Source of the DNA: Gemmatimonadota bacterium | GTDB lineage: Bacteria; Gemmatimonadota; Gemmatimonadetes; Gemmatimonadales; GWC2-71-9 | Assembly: GCA_039586365.1 (NCBI GenBank) | Contig: JBDHKN010000005.1 | Location: 1 to 64,000, forward strand | Length of the DNA stretch: 64,000 nucleotides | Reading direction: 5' to 3' | Shown: positions 61,660 to 64,000 of the stretch, in pieces | Layout: each line of letters opens with the position of its first letter | How positions within the stretch are numbered: the first letter of the stretch is position 1 | The notes under the pieces: generated by a model | The model's input: the letters and a program-made list of their open reading frames with translations, nothing else | Databases searched by the model: none | Told to the model about the DNA's origin: nothing | Program-made: the position numbers and the translations under genes

Positions 61660-63423
61660 CTATGGAGGTGTCAGCAGTTGGAAGTAGCTCGCCACGTTGA
61701 AGCCAACGGGATCCACCTCGAAGATCCTGCTTCTGACGAAGTGACCAGTGGTCGGGAAATACGGCGGTGGCAGGTTGGCCGCACATTGATCGTACGAGTA
61801 GCGCTTGATGTAGCCCCGGCCCGACGTCAAGCCCACGGCACCGCGTTGACGCTGAATGATGCCGCCGGTCAAATAAATGCAGCCGCGTCCGGCGGTTGTG
61901 CCCTCACAAGGTTCATCTGAACTCGATCCGCTGCTGTAGTTCTCCGCGGTAAAGATATCGAGCGCCAGGACAACGCCGTGAATGAACTCGCCGGTGGTCT
62001 CATCATAAGTCCGATACGAGTAGCCGCCCTCCGGGATCACCGGTGCGTTCAGGGTGTTGTCAGCTATGATGATGTCGTCACCGCTGAACATGCCCAGCAT
62101 GTCTGTACATGTGCCGGCTCCTGGGTCGACCGAATACCTTATGTCATCGCCCAGCACGATGTCATCGGTGGCGGCCACGGTCACCTGGCCCCGCAGCATG
62201 CCGCTGATCACCACCTTGCCGGTTACGAAGATCACTCCCTTGAAGTTGGGGTTCAACGCACGATTAATTGGAAACAGGTAGTTGGCGTCAGGCTCTCCCG
62301 CCACGAGGGCACTCACCGGTCCCGGCCACTGTAGCCACCGACCGCCCTCCGGATCGGGCCCTGCATCGAACTGGTTCCAGATTTCATCTGCGCCGCCCAG
62401 GTAACATCGTCTGGTCGCACTCGTCACCGCGGTGAGCCAATTGTGACCACCGCTGGGATGAGAATCCGCCGGTACGAAAGTGGTCCCGTGATAGTCTCCG
62501 CAGTTGACGGAGTTCTCCAGCTGCTTCGTACTGTAGTTGCTGGGGACATCCCCGCTCACCCAATCTGGATCGGTCAGATGTTGGTATACCCGAATGAAGC
62601 CCTCGTTGGCATCGGTGGAATCTCCGTCGCCGTTGAGGTCCAAGGCCTTGAATAGAATCCGAGTGGTAGCCTCCCCTTCTCCTCCAGCCGTATTGCCGGT
62701 GAAATCCGTGTTCCCCGACTGCGCCTGCACCTGGAGCTTCATGAGATCGGCGGTCTGCGGCATGGGAATGGCGGGTGCCCACTCAGTGTAGCCCTGATGG
62801 AAGGTGCCATACACCGCCTGGTAGACGTCTTGACCCGTTGTGACCTCGCTGTGGAACGTCGCGCCGCTGGAGTAGATCCGGATCCGATCGTTCGAGTGGA
62901 CGGGCCCCCAAATCTGGTCGTTGTTGGCAAACCAGATGTTGCCCTCAATCGTAGTGAAATACGCGTACTTGGCGAAGCTCTCCTGTCTGATCTCACCGCG
63001 GCGAACCACCTGGTTGCCAGAGTTGTCTTGAGCAACAGAGACTATGCTACCGAACACGCCGTACTGCCCGCTGGTGATACCTGTGGGGCCCACGTAGGTA
63101 AAGCGGCGCACATCCGGAATCACTCCATTGTTCGCATCGGTAATCGCGACACCATTCTCCAGCGCATTATAGAGGCTGTCGGGGTACAGCGTCTTGTCAC
63201 CGTTTATCCTGGAGCGGGCCTCTTCGATACCGGCTTCGGCAGCGGACTCGAGTACGCTGAGCCGTTCGTTGTACCGGTTGATGGCTGCCGCATTCGTGCT
63301 CATCATCGCAGCACCCACCGATATCGCTGCGACGGCAATCGCGACCAGCAATGCCACTACGAGTGCTATTCCTCGCTCTTCACGCATTCGTTCGTTCAAC
63401 TTCATGGGTGCCTCCGTACTCAC
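61660..63423 (-). CDS. PilX-like N-terminal domain protein (minor pilin/pseudopilin-associated)
   Basis: ERGIALVVALL prepilin-like site, AEAGI, GPVHSND, GGIIQ, Y.YD, PPYFP. Confidence 0.75.
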   Translation of the reverse strand: MSTEAPMKLNERMREERGIALVVALLVAIAVAAISVGAAMMSTNAAAINRYNERLSVLESAAEAGIEEARSRINGDKTLYPDSLYNALENGVAITDANNGVIPDVRRFTYVGPTGITSGQYGVFGSIVSVAQDNSGNQVVRRGEIRQESFAKYAYFTTIEGNIWFANNDQIWGPVHSNDRIRIYSSGATFHSEVTTGQDVYQAVYGTFHQGYTEWAPAIPMPQTADLMKLQVQAQSGNTDFTGNTAGGEGEATTRILFKALDLNGDGDSTDANEGFIRVYQHLTDPDWVSGDVPSNYSTKQLENSVNCGDYHGTTFVPADSHPSGGHNWLTAVTSATRRCYLGGADEIWNQFDAGPDPEGGRWLQWPGPVSALVAGEPDANYLFPINRALNPNFKGVIFVTGKVVISGMLRGQVTVAATDDIVLGDDIRYSVDPGAGTCTDMLGMFSGDDIIIADNTLNAPVIPEGGYSYRTYDETTGEFIHGVVLALDIFTAENYSSGSSSDEPCEGTTAGRGCIYLTGGIIQRQRGAVGLTSGRGYIKRYSYDQCAANLPPPYFPTTGHFVRSRIFEVDPVGFNVASYFQLLTPP

Positions 63424-64000
63424 GGGACAGTAACCAGACTCGACTGTACCATCGATGAAAGCGAAGGGGTGCAGTCCTGCGCAGCCAACGCATAGTAGTA
63501 CTGGTCTCCCGATGCCACGTCTTGATCTTCATAGGTATATGTCGCCTGCCCTGCCGGAATGCTCAGGAGAGGATCACCCCAGTCTGGCTGAGCAGCGAGC
63601 CGACGCCAGATCACGTACCGGGCGACATCGTTCTCGCCGGCGGTTTCGTCTACGGCCTGACCCCAGGACAGCGTCACCACGGGCTCACCACCGGGCAGCG
63701 TACCCCCTGCTGCTGTGAGATTTGTTCCCAGGATCGGTTCATCTCCGCATGATCGCTTGACCTCGAGTCCGGCATTGGGCAGCCAGACGAGTCTCGCCAT
63801 GGACCGCAGGCGTTCATCCGCCCCGGTGCGGCCGTTGGTGGTGGTGAAATTCACCTGTACCGCTCGGACGCTGTCGATGCGAGACGCCGTGCCAGTGTCG
63901 GCCGCCGAACCGTGCAGCGGCACAGAGTGGAACCATGGCAACAGCCCCGGTGCTACCGGTTCGATGCGAGTCGGCGCACTCGGTGGAGTCCGTTCACGGA
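63420..64000 (-). CDS. Partial (5' end outside the window) PilW-like protein with C-terminal fibronectin-III-like domain
   Basis: Frame open to the window edge; VRAVQV, VTLSW, Y.IWR, YEDQDV..G..YYYAL.A.D; overlaps the PilX-like start. Confidence 0.55.
   Translation of the reverse strand, partial: RERTPPSAPTRIEPVAPGLLPWFHSVPLHGSAADTGTASRIDSVRAVQVNFTTTNGRTGADERLRSMARLVWLPNAGLEVKRSCGDEPILGTNLTAAGGTLPGGEPVVTLSWGQAVDETAGENDVARYVIWRRLAAQPDWGDPLLSIPAGQATYTYEDQDVASGDQYYYALAAQDCTPSLSSMVQSSLVTVP

Overview
Gene-dense, GC-rich bacterial chromosomal segment with about 57 protein-coding genes. The gene content (rho-ruvX-mltG, secreted VPS10/BNR, DUF5916 and metzincin proteins, Tat-TldD, stand-alone HisKA peptide) suggests Gemmatimonadota; this is an inference, not a tested assignment. 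I found no rRNA, tRNA, CRISPR array, transposase, integrase or prophage genes. Contents: secreted hydrolases; central metabolism (icd, class I aminotransferase, pckA); a cytochrome b-Rieske-multiheme/TPR operon; a Phd-PIN toxin-antitoxin pair beside a 21-nt palindromic repeat array; a flotillin/NfeD pair; outer-membrane proteins; a histone-H1-like peptide; a TldD/PmbA pair; and part of a minor-pilin-like operon. The best candidate for an undescribed system is a five-gene operon at 47411-53440 (minus strand): acpS - ACP - kbl-type alpha-oxoamine synthase - MetX::homoserine dehydrogenase fusion - acetate-CoA-ligase-like enzyme. Other notable oddities: an NADP-IDH with a C-x2-C-x9-C-x2-C zinc-ribbon-like insert in the active-site loop, a Tat-signal TldD whose second metal-ligand His is Arg, a chimeric deletion-scar ORF, and a diverged hairpin-plus-heptamer direct repeat bracketing the DUF5916 gene. 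All product calls come from motif recognition by eye; no searches were run.
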